A stretch of DNA of 63,452 nt from Gammaproteobacteria bacterium (GCA_027081275.1 JALWKV010000071.1:1-63452); one strand, 5' to 3'; numbered from the stretch's first letter, positions 29,243 through 39,675 are shown. Translations and numbers: made by a program. Notes: a model not told the origin generated them from the sequence alone.

Positions 29243-29365
29243 TGTTAACAAGCGCTTAAGCCCAGCGCTTCCCCGCTATCCTCCCTGAGCGGGGGTTGGC
29301 TCGAAACCCCAAATCGAGCCGCAAGAATTACCCCGGCCTGTCCGCTTTGGCCGGGGCTTTTTTTG
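29243..29365 (+). ncRNA. candidate sRNA in the polA-engB interval (sX13/ErsA/Spot42 position)
   Basis: Four consecutive perfect hairpins, three with C-rich loops, the last followed by a T run; promoter upstream. Confidence 0.65.
29331..29365 (+). terminator. Rho-independent terminator
   Basis: CCCCGGCC-N10-GGCCGGGG-CTTTTTT. Confidence 0.8.
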
Positions 29366-29380
29366 CCCCCCCCTTTACTC

Positions 29381-29980
29381 CTAGGCAAAATCCAGCCACT
29401 GCTCCAACCTCGCATGGAGGCGATCCAGCCCCTGTCCCTTCGCGGCCGAGAAGGCCTGCACCGTCGCATCCACCCCTTCATCGCCGAGCAGCCGCTCCAC
29501 CGACATCAGCGCCTTCTGCATCGCGCCACGCTTCAGCTTGTCCGCCTTGTTGAGGAGGATATGCGCCGGCAGATGCTGGCCGGCGCACCAGTCGAGCATC
29601 TGCCAGTCATAGTCGGTCAGCGGGTGGCGGATATCCATGACGATCACCAGCCCCCGCAGCGCCTCCCGCTCGCGCAGATAGGCCTCGATCAGCCGCCCCC
29701 AGCGGCGGCGTTCCGCTTCCGGCGCCCTGGCAAAGCCGTAACCCGGCAGATCGACCAGCTGGGCGCCGTTGTCGAGACTGAAGAAGTTGATCATCTGCGT
29801 CCGCCCCGGCGTCTTGCTGACATGGGCCAGCTTGCGCTGCCCGCAGAGCCGGTTCAGCGTGCTCGACTTGCCGGCATTGGACCGCCCGGCAAAGGCCACC
29901 TCGGGCCCGGTCGGCGGCGGAAACTGGTTCGGCGCGGCGCAACTGATGGCGAAAGTGGCGGATTGGAAGAGGTGCTTCAT
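29381..29980 (-). CDS. engB: ribosome biogenesis GTPase EngB (YihA/YsxC)
   Basis: GRSNAGKSS, SKTPGRT, DLPGYG, NKAD; start MKHLFQ at 29980. Confidence 0.96.
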   Translation of the reverse strand: MKHLFQSATFAISCAAPNQFPPPTGPEVAFAGRSNAGKSSTLNRLCGQRKLAHVSKTPGRTQMINFFSLDNGAQLVDLPGYGFARAPEAERRRWGRLIEAYLREREALRGLVIVMDIRHPLTDYDWQMLDWCAGQHLPAHILLNKADKLKRGAMQKALMSVERLLGDEGVDATVQAFSAAKGQGLDRLHARLEQWLDFA

Positions 29981-30124
29981 GGCATTGACCGAAGGGACGG
30001 GGGTGGGAACGAAAGGGCCGCGATGACCCCGCAGGGCGGCGCAAAGTCTAGCATGACGCCAGCCTCCGACCGCACCGGGCCGCCGCGCATGGCGTATCCA
30101 CTTCACTCGGTCAGAAACATGCCC

Positions 30125-30296
30125 GTAACTGCTCGGATTGCCTCTGAGATCCGGCAGTTCAAGACAGAATCGCATCGCCATCCAAGGCTCCTTGCGAAAT
30201 ACAGGCCATCCGTGGGTATAAATGTGGGTTTACAAAGGAAAATGACCATTCTCGAACGCAGAAATGGCGGATGTCAGAGGTGAGCCGAGTAGTTAC
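30125..30296. mobile_element. MITE-like dispersed repeat, copy 2 (172 bp)
   Basis: GTAACTGCTCGG..CCGAGTAGTTAC; colinear with copy 1. Confidence 0.8.
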
Positions 30297-30555
30297 ATAC
30301 GCTTAACTTCAAAATGGTTATGTGTTATAAATGCGCGCCGTTTTCGGCGACTGTACTCGTCGCCCATGGGGTTTCGGTCTTTCGAGGTCGTTCCTCGGGC
30401 CCTTGGGCTAGGCGCGGGGACGAGTCATAGCCAATAATGGCGAGTTCCCGCAACAACGCCCAAGGGTGCGAGGGGCGGCCGCAGTGAGCGAAAATCCATG
30501 GGCGGCGAGTACATATGCGCCACCTTTGAACAGACAGGTTTCTGGGAGAATTTTG

Positions 30556-31191
30556 ATGAACAAAGCAGCAATGGTTATCGCCGCCGGTCTGGCACTGGCC
30601 CTGAGTTTGCCGGTACTCGCAGAGGAGCAGAAGGCGAAAACCGGAGAGAGCGAATCGCTCTATGGCGTACCATGGCTCAAGAAATGTTCCGGCTGCCACG
30701 GCAAGGACGGCAACAGCAAGAACCCCAAGCGCGCCAAGCTCGCCGGCCAGCACCCAGAGTATATCGTCAAGCAGCTGATGGATTTTCAGGCCAAGCGCCG
30801 CATAGACAAGGACATGAACAAGCAAGCCGCTCCGCTGAATGAAGCGGAAATGGCGCAGCTGGCCAAGTACTTCTCGAGCCAGGCGCGTAAACCGGCCATC
30901 GCCGATGAAACCGTGGTGGAACTGGGCGAGTCTATCTATCGCGCCGGCAACCCGGCCACCGGCGTACCCGCCTGCGCTGCCTGCCACGGCCCCGCTGGCA
31001 AGGGCAACCCGAAAGCCAAGTTCCCGGATCTGGCCGGCCAGCACGCGAAGTATGTTGCCAGGCAGTTGCGCTTGTTCCAATCCGGCGAGCGCGCCAACGA
31101 TGCCGGCAAGATGATGCGCAATATCGCCATCAAGATGACGCCGCAGGAGATCGAGGCCGTCTCCCAGTACGTCCAGGGACTGCAACCGTAA
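30556..31191 (+). CDS. diheme cytochrome c4
   Basis: Signal peptide, CSGCH and CAACH, LAGQH x2; divergent from engB (conserved synteny). Confidence 0.93.
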   Translation: MNKAAMVIAAGLALALSLPVLAEEQKAKTGESESLYGVPWLKKCSGCHGKDGNSKNPKRAKLAGQHPEYIVKQLMDFQAKRRIDKDMNKQAAPLNEAEMAQLAKYFSSQARKPAIADETVVELGESIYRAGNPATGVPACAACHGPAGKGNPKAKFPDLAGQHAKYVARQLRLFQSGERANDAGKMMRNIAIKMTPQEIEAVSQYVQGLQP

Positions 31192-31217
31192 CAGCCGTTC
31201 CCGCGTAGAGTTTGGAC

Positions 31218-31245
31218 AAGGTGGCCTTCAGGCCACCTTTTTTTT
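31218..31245 (+). terminator. Rho-independent terminator after cytochrome c4
   Basis: AAGGTGGCC-TTCA-GGCCACCTT followed by a T run. Confidence 0.85.
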
Positions 31246-31433
31246 GTCCGGCATATCGTTCCTGAGCGATATGCCATACTTAGTGGTGACAATATTGTAT
31301 GTCCGGGTATCCACCCCGACGCTCATGCAGTCGGGTCTGCCCCGTATCGAACCTGTCGGTGGTTACCCGCCGATGGACCGGAACGGATCCCGCGACAATC
31401 CCGCCAATCTTGTGACGAGGAAGAAACAGGAAA

Positions 31434-32201
31434 ATGACAACGACGATGAAAGACAAATGGCTCAAGCCCCTACTGCTGGCTCTGGCAATCCTGCCAATAG
31501 CAGCCTGCGCCGATTCCGAGCAGGCACCCCAGGCGCCGGCAACGCAGCAACCGGCCCAGAGCTCAAGCAATCAGGCGACCGGGGCCAAACCCGCGGCGGA
31601 GAGGACGTTCAGCGAGGACATTCACTACGTCGAACTGTTCGACCCGGTTCCAACCAACGTCGCGCCCGGCAAGGTCGAAGTGGTCGAAATGTTCTGGTAC
31701 GGCTGCCCTCACTGCTACCACATGGAACCGGAGCTGGAGCAGTGGAAGAAGGGGCTGCCCGATGACATCGAGGTCGTGCAGATACCCGCCGTCTTCAAGG
31801 ATCGCGCCGGCAAGCCCAACCCGGCGTGGGCGTTGTCGGCGCGCGCCTACTACGCGCTCGAAGCGCTCGGCAAGGCCAGGGAGCTGCATCCCAGAATCTT
31901 TGCCGCCATACATGAGCAGGGCCGCCGCCTGAACTCCGTCGATGCATTCGCCCGCTTCGTCGCCTCGCAGGGCGTGGACGAGCAGAAGTTCCGCGATGCC
32001 ATGTCGTCGCTGGCGGTCGAGGCGAAGACACGCAAGGCTATCGAACTGACGGAGAAATACGGCCTGACCGGCGTGCCGGCGCTGATCGTCGATGGCCGTT
32101 ACCGGGTGCTGAACAACGCCATCGGCAGCTATGGTGAAATGTTTCAGATTGTCGACTATCTGACAGAGAAGGGACGTTCACGCCTGAAAAACGGCGGTTG
32201 A
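31434..32201 (+). CDS. dsbA: thiol:disulfide interchange protein DsbA
   Basis: EMFWYGCPHC, cis-Pro GVPA, signal peptide with possible lipobox IAAC. Confidence 0.92.
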   Translation: MTTTMKDKWLKPLLLALAILPIAACADSEQAPQAPATQQPAQSSSNQATGAKPAAERTFSEDIHYVELFDPVPTNVAPGKVEVVEMFWYGCPHCYHMEPELEQWKKGLPDDIEVVQIPAVFKDRAGKPNPAWALSARAYYALEALGKARELHPRIFAAIHEQGRRLNSVDAFARFVASQGVDEQKFRDAMSSLAVEAKTRKAIELTEKYGLTGVPALIVDGRYRVLNNAIGSYGEMFQIVDYLTEKGRSRLKNGG

Positions 32202-32293
32202 CTCCACTCGCGCATCGAGAACCCGAAGAGTGAGAACCATGCACACCGGCGATCCTTTCGTCAGTTATAAGCTTGCCCGCAATCGATGAAGGA

Positions 32294-33112
32294 ATGACCG
32301 TGCAAAGGATCAGGACAACAACCGACCAAACGCGGCTCAGATTGTTGAGCTACAACGTGCAGGTGGGGATTCCCTCCAGCAAGTACCGCCACTACGTGAC
32401 CAACTCGTGGAAGCACGTGCTGCCCTTTCCCAAGCGCACGAACAATCTCGACAGCATCGCCGCGGCTATTTCTTCGTTCGACATCGTCGGCCTGCTGGAA
32501 CTGGATGCCGGCAGCATCCGCAGCGAGTTCATCCACCAGCCCGAGTACGTCGCGCAGAAAGCCGGACTGCCCTACTGCTATCACCAGGTCAATCGTGATC
32601 TGGGCGTCGTTGCCCAGCACAGTTTCGCGCTGCTGAGTCGTTTCGAGGCCAGCTACGTCCGCGAACACCGCCTGCCGAGCACAATTCCGGGTCGTGGCGC
32701 GCTGGAGGTCCACTTCGGGGAGGGCGAGGATCGCCTCGTCGTTGTGCTCGCGCACCTATCACTGTCGGCACGCGGTCGCAGCCGCCAGCTCGACTACATC
32801 GCCGATATCATCAATCACCACCGCAATGCGGTGGTGATGGGCGATCTGAACAGCCCGCTCGACAGCCCCGAGATGCAGCACTTCTTCGACAAGACCAGCT
32901 TGCACTATCCGGGCCAGAGCCATCTCACCTACCCGAGCTGGCGCCCGCGAATGGCCTACGACCACATCATCGTGACGCCCGGGCTAACGCTGGAAGAGCA
33001 GCAGGTGCTGTACGTCAATCATTCCGACCACCTGCCGGTCGCAATGGACATCACCGCCCCGCCGACCGTGGCGCTGAAACAGGAAACCGGCCACAGCCGC
33101 CTGACAGCTTGA
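32294..33112 (+). CDS. endonuclease/exonuclease/phosphatase (EEP) family protein
   Basis: LLSYNVQ, HLSL, MGDLN, TYPSW, DHI, SDHLP; follows dsbA. Confidence 0.9.
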   Translation: MTVQRIRTTTDQTRLRLLSYNVQVGIPSSKYRHYVTNSWKHVLPFPKRTNNLDSIAAAISSFDIVGLLELDAGSIRSEFIHQPEYVAQKAGLPYCYHQVNRDLGVVAQHSFALLSRFEASYVREHRLPSTIPGRGALEVHFGEGEDRLVVVLAHLSLSARGRSRQLDYIADIINHHRNAVVMGDLNSPLDSPEMQHFFDKTSLHYPGQSHLTYPSWRPRMAYDHIIVTPGLTLEEQQVLYVNHSDHLPVAMDITAPPTVALKQETGHSRLTA

Positions 33113-33203
33113 CTTATCGAATCGCCGGTCACCGGCCCCCGCCGACGGCTGGTTAAACAACACCCCGAAAGGAAACGGGGGACACCAACAAAGGGAGCAG
33201 ACA

Positions 33204-33455
33204 ATGGACAACACTCTCGAACTGTCAATGACCGAGATCGAATTCCAATTCGACTCGATGGACGACTTCGACGATATCGGCGTCTTCGACGTCGAATCAG
33301 AAATTATTCCCAGCACCGAGGTGCTGGACATGAAACTCAAGGGCTCCGCGCCCGAAGAGATGGATGAGCCCAATATCGATATCGGCAAACGCGCCGGCCT
33401 GCCGGAGCAGTTCGGCGCCGACATCGAAGACGTGGATGGCTTCTACGACGACTGA
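33204..33455 (+). CDS. small very acidic hypothetical protein
   Basis: AGGGAG RBS; 83 aa with 26 D/E and 4 K/R; GC-biased codon usage. Confidence 0.7.
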   Translation: MDNTLELSMTEIEFQFDSMDDFDDIGVFDVESEIIPSTEVLDMKLKGSAPEEMDEPNIDIGKRAGLPEQFGADIEDVDGFYDD

Positions 33456-33546
33456 TTGCGCCCACGCCCCGGCGGAGTGGCGATCGGACGTCGTGGCCGC
33501 TCGCACCCACCCGGAGGCAGGTGGTTTCAACTCACAAGCACGCAAA

Positions 33547-34041
33547 TTGACAGACGACGATTCGCAACCGAGCGCCGAGATTCTCGCCAGGATCGAAGCG
33601 GAACTGGCTGCCAGCAAGGCGAGAATCCTGAGGATTCTCGCCGGTGATGAGGTCTCCGACCCACCGACGGTCGCCACCGAGACCTTCACCGCCGCGGGCG
33701 AGCCGGCTTGCGCGCGCACCCTGTCGCCGGAGACGATCCAGCAGCGCCAGCGGGAGCTGCATGCCATCATCACCAGCTTCGAGCAGCGTATCGTTGACGA
33801 CTACGATCTGGCCATCGTGCTGCAGAGATTTCCCGATGCGGCGCCGCTACGGCTGCATTCGGTCACCTTCTTCCGCAGCGGGGCCGTCAGCTTTATCGGA
33901 CTCGACACGCAGGGACGATCGGCCAACCTCTACGACACACTCGACGATTTCGCACTGATCCTGAAAAAAGTACGCCGGCTCAATCGGTCCAGACCACGCC
34001 AGCCGGTCGAGTTCTACACCGTTACAGGGAACAACGCATGA
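33547..34041 (+). CDS. hypothetical protein, possibly DUF6173-like
   Basis: C-terminal ITSFEQ..VSFIGLDTQG..LILKKVRR..RQPVEF pattern recalls DUF6173; start uncertain (TTG 33547); ATGA overlap with the next gene. Confidence 0.6.
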   Translation: MTDDDSQPSAEILARIEAELAASKARILRILAGDEVSDPPTVATETFTAAGEPACARTLSPETIQQRQRELHAIITSFEQRIVDDYDLAIVLQRFPDAAPLRLHSVTFFRSGAVSFIGLDTQGRSANLYDTLDDFALILKKVRRLNRSRPRQPVEFYTVTGNNA

Positions 34042-35108
34042 AAGCACTGAACGTCTACGAAGAGAACGCGCTCTATGACAAGAGCGGCGTCGTCTGGAAT
34101 TGGATCACACCAAAGACACTCGACGGCATCGAATGGGAAACCGTAACGACAATCCAAACACCCCGCCTCAACCGGATCCAGAAACCCTATCTGGCCCGCT
34201 ACCTCACCGCGCTGCGAACCGCCTGGAAGGCGCGCAGCGCCGACCTGGTCGTGACTCACGGCGAGCCGATGGCAATCTGGACCGGGATTTTCATGCGCCT
34301 GCTCGGTAGTCGCGCCAAACATCTGGCCTGGGCCTTTACGATGCCCGAATACGACAGCTATGGCCCTCTGCGCAAGTGGCTGCTACGCTTCGGCATGAAA
34401 CATGTCGATCGCCTCGTGATGTTCTCCGAGATCGAGACACAAACCTACCCGCCCCTGCTCGGCGTCGATCCGGCGCGCTTCCACATGATCCAGTGGAGCG
34501 TCAATGGCGTCGATGTCGATCGAGAGGCCGCCCCGATCATCGACGGTGAGTACATCGCGGCCATCGGCGGCGAGGGCCGCGACTACAAGACGCTGTTCGA
34601 GGCGATGGCCATGATTCCGGAACGGCGTCTCGCCGTCGTCGCCTCGCCAAAGAGCGTGGCGGGGCTGACGCCACCGGACAACGTCACGATCTATTCCAAC
34701 ATCCCGTTCGCCGATGCCATGAACATCGCCGCGAACGCCAGCTTCCTGGTGCTACCGTTACTGTCGGAAACGATACCCTGCGGCCACGGCAGCCTCGTGT
34801 CGCAGTTCTATCTCAACAAGGCAACGATCATAACCCGGTCACAGGCGATGAAGGGCTATGCCTACGCCGACGAGAACGTGCTCGAATACCCGGCGCAGGA
34901 CGCCACGGCCCTGAAGGAGCAGATCGAGCGGCTCTACAACGACAAGGCGCTGCGCGACAGAATCGCAGCAACCGGGCTGAAATTCGCGCAGGAGAAATGC
35001 TCGGAGCCGTACACCATCGAGTATTTCAACAACTACGTGCTGGAATCGGGGCTTCTCGGCGACAACAGTGGCCAAACCTGCAACCGGACGGTGTCATGGG
35101 CCGGCTGA
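34038..35108 (+). CDS. GT4-like glycosyltransferase
   Basis: GGEGRDYKTL, LVLPL..PCG..KATIIT GT-B C-terminal domain. Confidence 0.85.
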   Translation: MKALNVYEENALYDKSGVVWNWITPKTLDGIEWETVTTIQTPRLNRIQKPYLARYLTALRTAWKARSADLVVTHGEPMAIWTGIFMRLLGSRAKHLAWAFTMPEYDSYGPLRKWLLRFGMKHVDRLVMFSEIETQTYPPLLGVDPARFHMIQWSVNGVDVDREAAPIIDGEYIAAIGGEGRDYKTLFEAMAMIPERRLAVVASPKSVAGLTPPDNVTIYSNIPFADAMNIAANASFLVLPLLSETIPCGHGSLVSQFYLNKATIITRSQAMKGYAYADENVLEYPAQDATALKEQIERLYNDKALRDRIAATGLKFAQEKCSEPYTIEYFNNYVLESGLLGDNSGQTCNRTVSWAG

Positions 35109-35717
35109 GGCCGGCCCATGACGCATCAGGGATGGCGCCCAGTCGCCCGCCGGGATTCGGATCCGCGTCAATGAAGCATGCGGTACCTCGATCCGCACCA
35201 GCGCGTCATCCGGCATCTGCAGGATCTTCCCCAGAATCACCCTGATCGGACCGCCATGGGTGACGAGCAGCCAGTGCTCGCGCGCCCCCATCCCGCTCGA
35301 CAATGCCTCCCAGGCCGCCAGCACCCGCCGCTTCATCGCCTCGGGCGCCTCGCCGCCCGGTGGCGCGACAACGAATGGTCGCTCCCAGAAGGCGGCGGCG
35401 CGCGCCTCGTCCTCCTCCCACACCGCCTCTACCAAGCGACCCTCCCAGTCGCCGAAATCCAGCTCGCGCAGGCGCGGCTCCGACTCGACCGGGATGCCGG
35501 CCTCGGCGCCCAGCGCTTCGGCAAAGGCGGCGCAGCGGCGCAGATCCGAGGTGACGATACGCTGCCAGGGACGTTCGGCGCCGATGGCCTCGCGCATCTG
35601 CGCGAAACCCTTGTCGGTCAGCGGGTCATCGGTGCGACCGCGCAGGCGGAAACCACCCTCGGCCTCGCCGTGTCGCAGCAGATCGATGAAGCGATCGGAC
35701 TCCGGCGCTTCAGGCAT
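35094..35717 (-). CDS. cobC: alpha-ribazole phosphatase (histidine phosphatase)
   Basis: LLRHGE, ELDFGDWEG, VTHGG; last gene of the cob operon. Confidence 0.88.
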   Translation of the reverse strand: MPEAPESDRFIDLLRHGEAEGGFRLRGRTDDPLTDKGFAQMREAIGAERPWQRIVTSDLRRCAAFAEALGAEAGIPVESEPRLRELDFGDWEGRLVEAVWEEDEARAAAFWERPFVVAPPGGEAPEAMKRRVLAAWEALSSGMGAREHWLLVTHGGPIRVILGKILQMPDDALVRIEVPHASLTRIRIPAGDWAPSLMRHGPASAGP

Positions 35718-36294
35718 GATCGCCCGGCAGATGCGAGCGGTGGAACCGGCCCAGCTGATCGACCGCGAGCCAGACGACGGCGATCGCGCTCACATAGCCC
35801 GCGGTAACGGCGAGAAACCAGGGAAAGTAGCGCAGCGTCTGCGCCGCGAATCCGGTCAGGCTCGCCTCGCCGACGCGCCCCGAGAGCCAGTAGAAGCTGC
35901 CGCTGGAGATGAGAAAGGCGGCAGCCGCAGAGACGACGACGGCGATCGCCAGCAGCGGCAGCACCCGCCAGCTGCGCGCGAAATGGTCGCCCAGCCAGCG
36001 ACCGCCGAGCCACAACGCGCCATGGGCGGGCAGCAGAAAGCCGTAGGCGGAAGAGACGCAGAAAGCGCTGACGCCGAACTGCGTGATCGCCAGATAGTCG
36101 ATGACCACCGCCGACGCCATGAAAAGCAGGAAGAGGGACCAGCGCCGCAGGAAAAAGCCACCGGCAATGAAGATCGCCCAGGAAGCATCCGGCAGATGCG
36201 TGACCGAGCCGAAATGGTGGAAGCGGGTGAGAATCATCAGACCAAGCAACAGGAGTGCGACGACGATCTGCTGGCGGGATGTGGACTGATACAT
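35710..36294 (-). CDS. btuM: BtuM-like cobalamin transporter (solitary S-component), copy 2
   Basis: TRFHHFGS..LPDASWAIF, IDY.AI, FCVS.AY, SGSFYW motifs; about 6 TMs; cob operon context. Confidence 0.8.
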   Translation of the reverse strand: MYQSTSRQQIVVALLLLGLMILTRFHHFGSVTHLPDASWAIFIAGGFFLRRWSLFLLFMASAVVIDYLAITQFGVSAFCVSSAYGFLLPAHGALWLGGRWLGDHFARSWRVLPLLAIAVVVSAAAAFLISSGSFYWLSGRVGEASLTGFAAQTLRYFPWFLAVTAGYVSAIAVVWLAVDQLGRFHRSHLPGDHA

Positions 36295-36357
36295 GGTGCG
36301 TCTCCACAACGGTGATATAAGAAAGGAATGGGTCCGAGTATAGGCCGAACCGGCGCT

Positions 36358-37095
36358 TCAGGCCATGAACCAGACCGCGAGCGCCAGCGTGGCCGCCTCG
36401 ACCAGCTCGACGGCGGCCCCGAGCGTATCGCCGGTGACACCGCCGAGACGACGCAGCATCAATGCGCGCAGGGCCATGACCAGCAGCGACACCACCAGCA
36501 CCACAGCCAATCCGACCCACGCCAGCGCAATCACGAGCATGGCGGCGAGCAGCCACAGCAGCCGGGGCGGCGACAGCCGTTCGCTCATCAACGCGGCAAT
36601 ACCCTGCTCGCGCGCATAGGGCGTCGTCGCCAACAGCGCCAGCACCGCGCCGCGCCCGAGCACGGGCGCCCACAGCAGTAGCCCCAGCCTGCCCGCCGCC
36701 TGCAGATCGGCCGTGGCGGCGAACTTCATCAGCAGCACCAGCACGACGAACATCACGCCGATGGGGCCGCTGGCGGGGTCCTTCATGATCGCCAGCGACC
36801 TCTCTCGATCACCGGCGCCCCCCGACCAGGCATCGGCGGTATCGGCGAGGCCGTCGAGATGGAGCCCGCCGGTAATCAGCGCCCAAAGCACCACCACGGC
36901 CGCCGCCGAAGTCATGTCCGACGGCAGAATGGTCGCGGCCAGCCAGAGCAGAGCCCCGATCAGCAACCCCACCAGCGGATACCAGTAGAGCGAACGCGCC
37001 TGCGCCGCGGCGTCGAAAGGCAGGGAGAGGGGAACCGGAATCCGCGTCAGAAACTGCAGCGCGAGCAGAAAGTCCCGCAGGCCACGACCCAACAC
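36358..37095 (-). CDS. cobS: adenosylcobinamide-GDP ribazoletransferase
   Basis: QFLTRIP, TGGLHLDGLADTAD, IMKDP..G, GGVTGDTLGA. Confidence 0.95.
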   Translation of the reverse strand: MLGRGLRDFLLALQFLTRIPVPLSLPFDAAAQARSLYWYPLVGLLIGALLWLAATILPSDMTSAAAVVVLWALITGGLHLDGLADTADAWSGGAGDRERSLAIMKDPASGPIGVMFVVLVLLMKFAATADLQAAGRLGLLLWAPVLGRGAVLALLATTPYAREQGIAALMSERLSPPRLLWLLAAMLVIALAWVGLAVVLVVSLLVMALRALMLRRLGGVTGDTLGAAVELVEAATLALAVWFMA

Positions 37096-37097
37096 GA

Positions 37098-38129
37098 CTA
37101 CCGGGACACCGCCGCTTCGGCAAAGGTCGCCATCTCGTTGTGCAGGACGCAGGCCTGACGCAGCAGCGACACGGCCACGGCGGCGCCGCTGCCCTCGCCC
37201 AGCCGCATGCCGAGATCGAGCAGCGGCTCGGCATCGAGCGCCTCCAGCACAAGGGCATGCCCCGGCTCGGCCGAGCGATGCGAATAGATGAGCCACGGCG
37301 CCAGCTCGGGGCGCAGGCGGACGGCCGCCAGCGCCGCCACGCTGCTGATGAAGCCGTCGACCAGCACCGGCACGCCGCGCTGGCCGGCGGCGAGATAGGC
37401 GCCGACCAGCGCGGCGATCTCGAAACCGCCCAGACAACGCAGCACATGGAGCGGCGCATCCGGCCCGATATCGTGACGCGCCAACCCGCGGGAGATGATC
37501 TCGGCCTTGCGCCGCACCCCATCCCCGTCCAGACCGGTGCCCGGCCCGGCAAGCCGCGACGGCGGCAGTTGCAACAGGGCGCAGGCCACGGCCGCCGCGG
37601 CGGTGGTGTTGCCGATCCCCATCTCGCCACCGATGAACAGATCGGCATCGCCAACGGCGGCGCGACCGGCGTCTAGCGCCGCATCGAGCTGCTCGGCGGT
37701 CATTGCAGGCGCGGCGGTGAAATCGGCGGTACCCGCGCCGAGCACGATATTCGTCACTCCCTCTACCTCCGAGGTATCCCCCACCGTGCCCAGATTGATC
37801 ACCTCGAGCGCCGCGCCGAGCTGCCGCGCCAGCACGCTGATGGCCGCGCCGCCACGGGCGAAATTGCGCACCATCTCGGTCGTCACCGCCTGCGGGAAGG
37901 CGGATACGCCGTTCGCCGCGACGCCATGATCGCCAGCGAAAACGGCGATCGTGATCCGTTCGACGGCGGGACGCGAGCGCCGTTGCAGCCCGGCGAGCCC
38001 GATCGCCAGCGTCTCCAGCTCTCCCAGCGAACCCGGCGGCTTGGTCAGCGTCTCCTGCCGGCGCGCCGCCTCGGCGGCAACCGCGCTGTCCGGCTGCCGA
38101 ACGGGCTGCATCCACCATTGGCTACTCAT
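37098..38129 (-). CDS. cobT: nicotinate-nucleotide-dimethylbenzimidazole phosphoribosyltransferase
   Basis: [39 protein letters not shown]. Confidence 0.97.
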   Translation of the reverse strand: MSSQWWMQPVRQPDSAVAAEAARRQETLTKPPGSLGELETLAIGLAGLQRRSRPAVERITIAVFAGDHGVAANGVSAFPQAVTTEMVRNFARGGAAISVLARQLGAALEVINLGTVGDTSEVEGVTNIVLGAGTADFTAAPAMTAEQLDAALDAGRAAVGDADLFIGGEMGIGNTTAAAAVACALLQLPPSRLAGPGTGLDGDGVRRKAEIISRGLARHDIGPDAPLHVLRCLGGFEIAALVGAYLAAGQRGVPVLVDGFISSVAALAAVRLRPELAPWLIYSHRSAEPGHALVLEALDAEPLLDLGMRLGEGSGAAVAVSLLRQACVLHNEMATFAEAAVSR

Positions 38130-38647
38130 AACGCTTCTCCTTTCAGAATCTGGGGCAGACCGGCGATGGTCAGGATCACCCGCTCGCAGCGCACCGCCAC
38201 GGCCTGGTGCAGCCAGCCGGCTTCATCGACGAAGCGGCGCGTCAGTTCTCCCATCGGCACGACGCCGGAGCCGGTCTCGTTGCTGACCAGAATGATCTCT
38301 CCCGGCAGCGTATCGAGCGCGTCCAGCAGCGCCGAGCGTTGCATGCGCCAGGCGTTCTCGTCATCCCGCATCAACCAGTTGGTGACCCAGAGCGTCAGGC
38401 AGTCGACCAGCAGACACTGGTCGTCGGCGGCATGCCGCGCCAGCGTCGCGGCCAGTTCGAGCGGGCATTCAACAGTGCGCCAGGATGGCGGACGCCGCTC
38501 GCGATGGTGGTCGATCCGACGCGCCATCTCGGCATCGCCGGCGGCCGCGGTGGCGATATAGGTGACCGGCAACGCGGTGGCGGCGGCGAGCCGTTCCGCC
38601 AGGGCGCTCTTGCCCGAGCGCGCGCCGCCGAGAATCAGCTGCTTCAA
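38126..38647 (-). CDS. cobU: adenosylcobinamide kinase/guanylyltransferase
   Basis: [30 protein letters not shown]. Confidence 0.96.
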   Translation of the reverse strand: MKQLILGGARSGKSALAERLAAATALPVTYIATAAAGDAEMARRIDHHRERRPPSWRTVECPLELAATLARHAADDQCLLVDCLTLWVTNWLMRDDENAWRMQRSALLDALDTLPGEIILVSNETGSGVVPMGELTRRFVDEAGWLHQAVAVRCERVILTIAGLPQILKGEAL

Positions 38648-39675
38648 GAGGGCAACTCCGAGGGCTCGGGCAGCAGGCAGTCGAGCAGTTCGCGCTCCAG
38701 CGCGTCCCGGTCCAGCACCTGGGCAGAGATGATCTCGATGCGGCTGTCGTCGGCGTCGGCAAGCGGCAGGCTGGTGAGCACGCCATCGACCATGTTGTAG
38801 CCGATGGCGGCATCGTCGGTCACGACAACGGCCTTGATGCGCTCGGCATCGATGGACGCCAGCAGGCAGTGCAGCCGGTCGGGATCGAAGCGGAGATCGC
38901 GGCGGAAGATCCAGCCGACGCTGTGGAAACCGTCGTGTCGACCACTGCGCCGCAGATAGCCGGCCGGCGGCAGCTCGACGGCATCGTCCCCGGCGGTCGC
39001 ATCGAACAGCAGCCCCGGCGCGGCGCAGGCCGCGACCATCTCGCGCCGTCGCGGTCGCGTCGGGCGCAGCCAGGCGGGATCGAGTTCGCCCCGGGTCACG
39101 GCCTCCAGCGGCACCGCCTCCAGCCCGAGGCTGTCGAGAAAGGCGCGCAGACGTTCGACTTCATCACCCTCGTAGAGGTCACGCTTGTTGGCGACGATGC
39201 GGTCGGCCACCTCCAGCTGCTGGCGGAAGATGTCATGCCCGGTGTAGCGCGTATCAGCGATCTTGCGCGCATCGACCAGCGTGATGACGGCCTGCAACGC
39301 CAGCACGCTGGCATACTCGGGCTGTTGCAGTGCTTCGATGATCTCGCGGGGATGACCGAGCCCGGTCGGCTCGATCAGCAGACGATCGGGCCTGGCGTCG
39401 CGCAGCAACCGGTTCAGCGCCACCTGCATCGGCAGGCCCGAGGCGCAGCACATGCAGCCGCCCGGCACTTCGCGAATGAAGAGCCCGTCGCTGGCGTCGG
39501 CTCCGCCCAGCAACCTGGCGTCGATGCCGATCTCACCGAACTCGTTGACCAGCACCGCCCAGCGCTCGCCGACCGGCCTGCGCCGGAACAGCGACAGGAT
39601 CGCGGTCGTCTTCCCCGCGCCGAGAAAGCCGGTGATGACGTTCGTCGGCACGGGAGCATGGATCGCGAGGCGCAA
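38644..39675 (-). CDS. CobW/COG0523 family metal-binding GTPase
   Basis: TGFLGAGKTT, NEFGE, GCMCC, IEPTG, ANK.D. Confidence 0.92.
   Translation of the reverse strand: MRLAIHAPVPTNVITGFLGAGKTTAILSLFRRRPVGERWAVLVNEFGEIGIDARLLGGADASDGLFIREVPGGCMCCASGLPMQVALNRLLRDARPDRLLIEPTGLGHPREIIEALQQPEYASVLALQAVITLVDARKIADTRYTGHDIFRQQLEVADRIVANKRDLYEGDEVERLRAFLDSLGLEAVPLEAVTRGELDPAWLRPTRPRRREMVAACAAPGLLFDATAGDDAVELPPAGYLRRSGRHDGFHSVGWIFRRDLRFDPDRLHCLLASIDAERIKAVVVTDDAAIGYNMVDGVLTSLPLADADDSRIEIISAQVLDRDALERELLDCLLPEPSELPS

Noticed and set aside
33150-33200. c-di-GMP riboswitch-like hairpin (CCCCGAAAGGAAACGGGG)
   Set aside because: Lacks the GGCAAAC..GACGCAAAG core and a second stem.
36358-38118. 586-aa CobS fusion ORF
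   Set aside because: The upstream part is an alternative frame of cobT; CobS motifs begin only after 37095.
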